Positions 62,430-64,000 of a DNA stretch of 64,000 nucleotides are shown here, one piece after another (within the stretch, counting starts at the first letter, position 1; every line of letters starts with the position of its first letter). Source of the DNA: an uncultured Eubacteriales bacterium. Lineage in GTDB: Bacteria > Bacillota > Clostridia > Oscillospirales > CAG-272. The notes under the pieces were generated by a model. It saw only the letters and a list, made by a program, of their open reading frames with translations, had not been told where the DNA came from and did not search any database. The DNA lies in the NCBI GenBank assembly GCA_934796165.1, contig CAKVOU010000007.1, forward strand, positions 27,303-91,302. The letters run 5' to 3'. The position numbers and the translations under genes are program-made.

Positions 62430-64000
62430 TTACTTGTACAGCTCCGCCATCTTCTTGAGACGTGCGTAGCGTGCGACAGCGTTCTCCTCTGCCTTCTCGT
62501 AGAGCTTCTCTGCTCTGTCCGGGAAGGTCTGCGCGAGACGTGCGTAACGCGCTTCGTTGGAGATGAAGTCACGGTAAGAGCCGGTCGGATCCTTGGAATC
62601 AATCGTCAGCTTGTTCTCAGCAAGGGTCGGGTTGTACCGGAACATATTCCAGTAGCCTGCATCGACTGCCTTCTTCATTTCGATCTGGCAGTTCTGCATA
62701 CCGCCCTTCTTGATGCCGTGCATTTCGCAGGGAGCGTAGCCGATGATGAGGGACGGGCCATGGTAAGCTTCCGCCTCGGTCAGTGCCTTGAGGAGCTGAT
62801 TCTGGTCAGCACCCATTGCAACCTGTGCGACGTAAACGTAGCCGTAGGACATAGCGATCTCGGCGAGGTTCTTCTTGCCGATTGCCTTGCCTGCTGCCGC
62901 AAACTGTGCGACCTGACCGATGTTGGACGCCTTGGACGCCTGTCCGCCGGTGTTGGAGTACACCTCGGTGTCGAAGACCATGACATTGATGTCCTCGCCG
63001 GAAGCAAGAACGTGGTCAAGACCACCGAAGCCGATGTCGTAAGCCCAGCCGTCGCCGCCGAAGATCCAGACAGACTTCTTGGAGAGGAAGTCCTTCTCCG
63101 CGAGAATCTTCTTCTCGGTCACACAGCAATCGCACTCGCCCTCACAGACGTTCTTTTCAAGCATCTCCACCATTTCCTTGGTAGCGATCTCGTTTGCCTT
63201 GCCGTCTTCCAATGTGTTGAGGTATGCGTCCAGTTTTGCCTGGCATTCGGGGCAGGAGGAGTAGTCCAGCGATCTGACATATCCGATCAGTCTCTCACGG
63301 ACTGCCTTCTGACCGAGGTACATACCGAGACCGTGCTCTGCGTTGTCCTCAAACAGAGAGTTTGCCCATGCGGGACCTCTGCCGGTTGCCTTGTTGACGG
63401 TGTAAGGAGTTGCGGGAGCGGAGCCGCCCCAGATGGAGGAGCATCCGGTCGCGTTGGAGATGTACATTCTCTCGCCGAAGAGCTGGGTGACAAGACGTGC
63501 GTAGGACGTCTCCGCACAGCCTGCGCAGGAGCCGGAGAATTCAAGCAGCGGCTGCTTGAACTGGCTTGCCTTGACGGTGGTGCCGAGCAGCTCGGGCTTC
63601 TCGGAAACGTTCTCTACCGCGTAGTTGAACGCATCCTGCTGGAAGAGTGCCTTCTCCTGGGAGGACATGACGAGCGCGGCGTTCTCCGGCTTGCCGTCCT
63701 TGGTTGCCTTGGCGGTCACAGGGCAAGCCTTGACACAAAGCGTGCATCCCATACAGTCAAGCGGGCTGACTGCCATGGTGAACTTGTAATCGGTCTTGAT
63801 GACCGGCTTTTCTGCGAACAGCGTGTTTGCGGGAGCCTTTGCAGCCTCGTCCGCGTTCATTGCGAAGGGACGGATTGCCGCGTGCGGGCAAACGAACGCA
63901 CACTGGTTGCACTGGATACAGGTCTTGGGGTTCCAGATGGGAGCGAACACCGCAACGCCGCGCTTTTCGTAAGCAGCCGCGCCCTGCGGATAGGTGCCGT
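62430..64000 (-). CDS. nifJ: pyruvate:ferredoxin (flavodoxin) oxidoreductase, C-terminal part; 5' end beyond the window
   Basis: CIQCNQCAFVCPHAAIRP and CMGCTLCVKACP ferredoxin motifs, TPP domain GGDGWAYDIGFGG. The frame stays open from 63950 to 64000 (...GTYPQGAAAYEKRGVAV). Confidence 0.95.
   Translation of the reverse strand, partial: GTYPQGAAAYEKRGVAVFAPIWNPKTCIQCNQCAFVCPHAAIRPFAMNADEAAKAPANTLFAEKPVIKTDYKFTMAVSPLDCMGCTLCVKACPVTAKATKDGKPENAALVMSSQEKALFQQDAFNYAVENVSEKPELLGTTVKASQFKQPLLEFSGSCAGCAETSYARLVTQLFGERMYISNATGCSSIWGGSAPATPYTVNKATGRGPAWANSLFEDNAEHGLGMYLGQKAVRERLIGYVRSLDYSSCPECQAKLDAYLNTLEDGKANEIATKEMVEMLEKNVCEGECDCCVTEKKILAEKDFLSKKSVWIFGGDGWAYDIGFGGLDHVLASGEDINVMVFDTEVYSNTGGQASKASNIGQVAQFAAAGKAIGKKNLAEIAMSYGYVYVAQVAMGADQNQLLKALTEAEAYHGPSLIIGYAPCEMHGIKKGGMQNCQIEMKKAVDAGYWNMFRYNPTLAENKLTIDSKDPTGSYRDFISNEARYARLAQTFPDRAEKLYEKAEENAVARYARLKKMAELYK

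Overview
GC-rich (about 60% or more by eye) chromosomal segment, probably from a spore-forming Clostridia/Oscillospiraceae-like Firmicute (spoIVB, maf-mreB, rpmG-secE-nusG-rplK-rplA, efp, proB, zapA, PFOR). All calls come from reading the sequence and ORF track and from remembered family motifs; no searches were run. Three accessory blocks stand out. (1) 29.0-40.3 kb is a single-promoter glycyl-radical-enzyme bacterial microcompartment (BMC) operon. It encodes a class II aldolase and a Zn-ADH that both carry encapsulation-peptide-like helices, 4 BMC-H, 1 BMC-P, a PduS-like protein, PduT-like and PduU/EutS-like shell proteins, the GRE and its activase, and an EutP/PduV GTPase. There is no room in it for the canonical acylating aldehyde dehydrogenase or phosphotransacylase. 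(2) Directly downstream (40.65-41.8 kb) sits a ParA-type ATPase with an overlapping small, lysine-rich, apparently disordered partner that ends in ...PYWLL. I read this pair as a candidate McdAB-like positioning system for the metabolosome, and it is my top candidate for something undescribed. (3) 53.6-62.4 kb is a phage-derived packaging and head-only module (TerS, TerL, an unknown 588-aa protein, portal, scaffold, coat, one small protein) with no tail, lysis, replication or integration genes, next to a GtrB/GT-C glycosylation pair. The window also has many degenerate GC-rich tandem arrays, several starting exactly at a stop codon, in-frame tandem repeats inside proteins, and many long antisense shadow ORFs that I reject. 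No tRNA, rRNA or CRISPR was seen.
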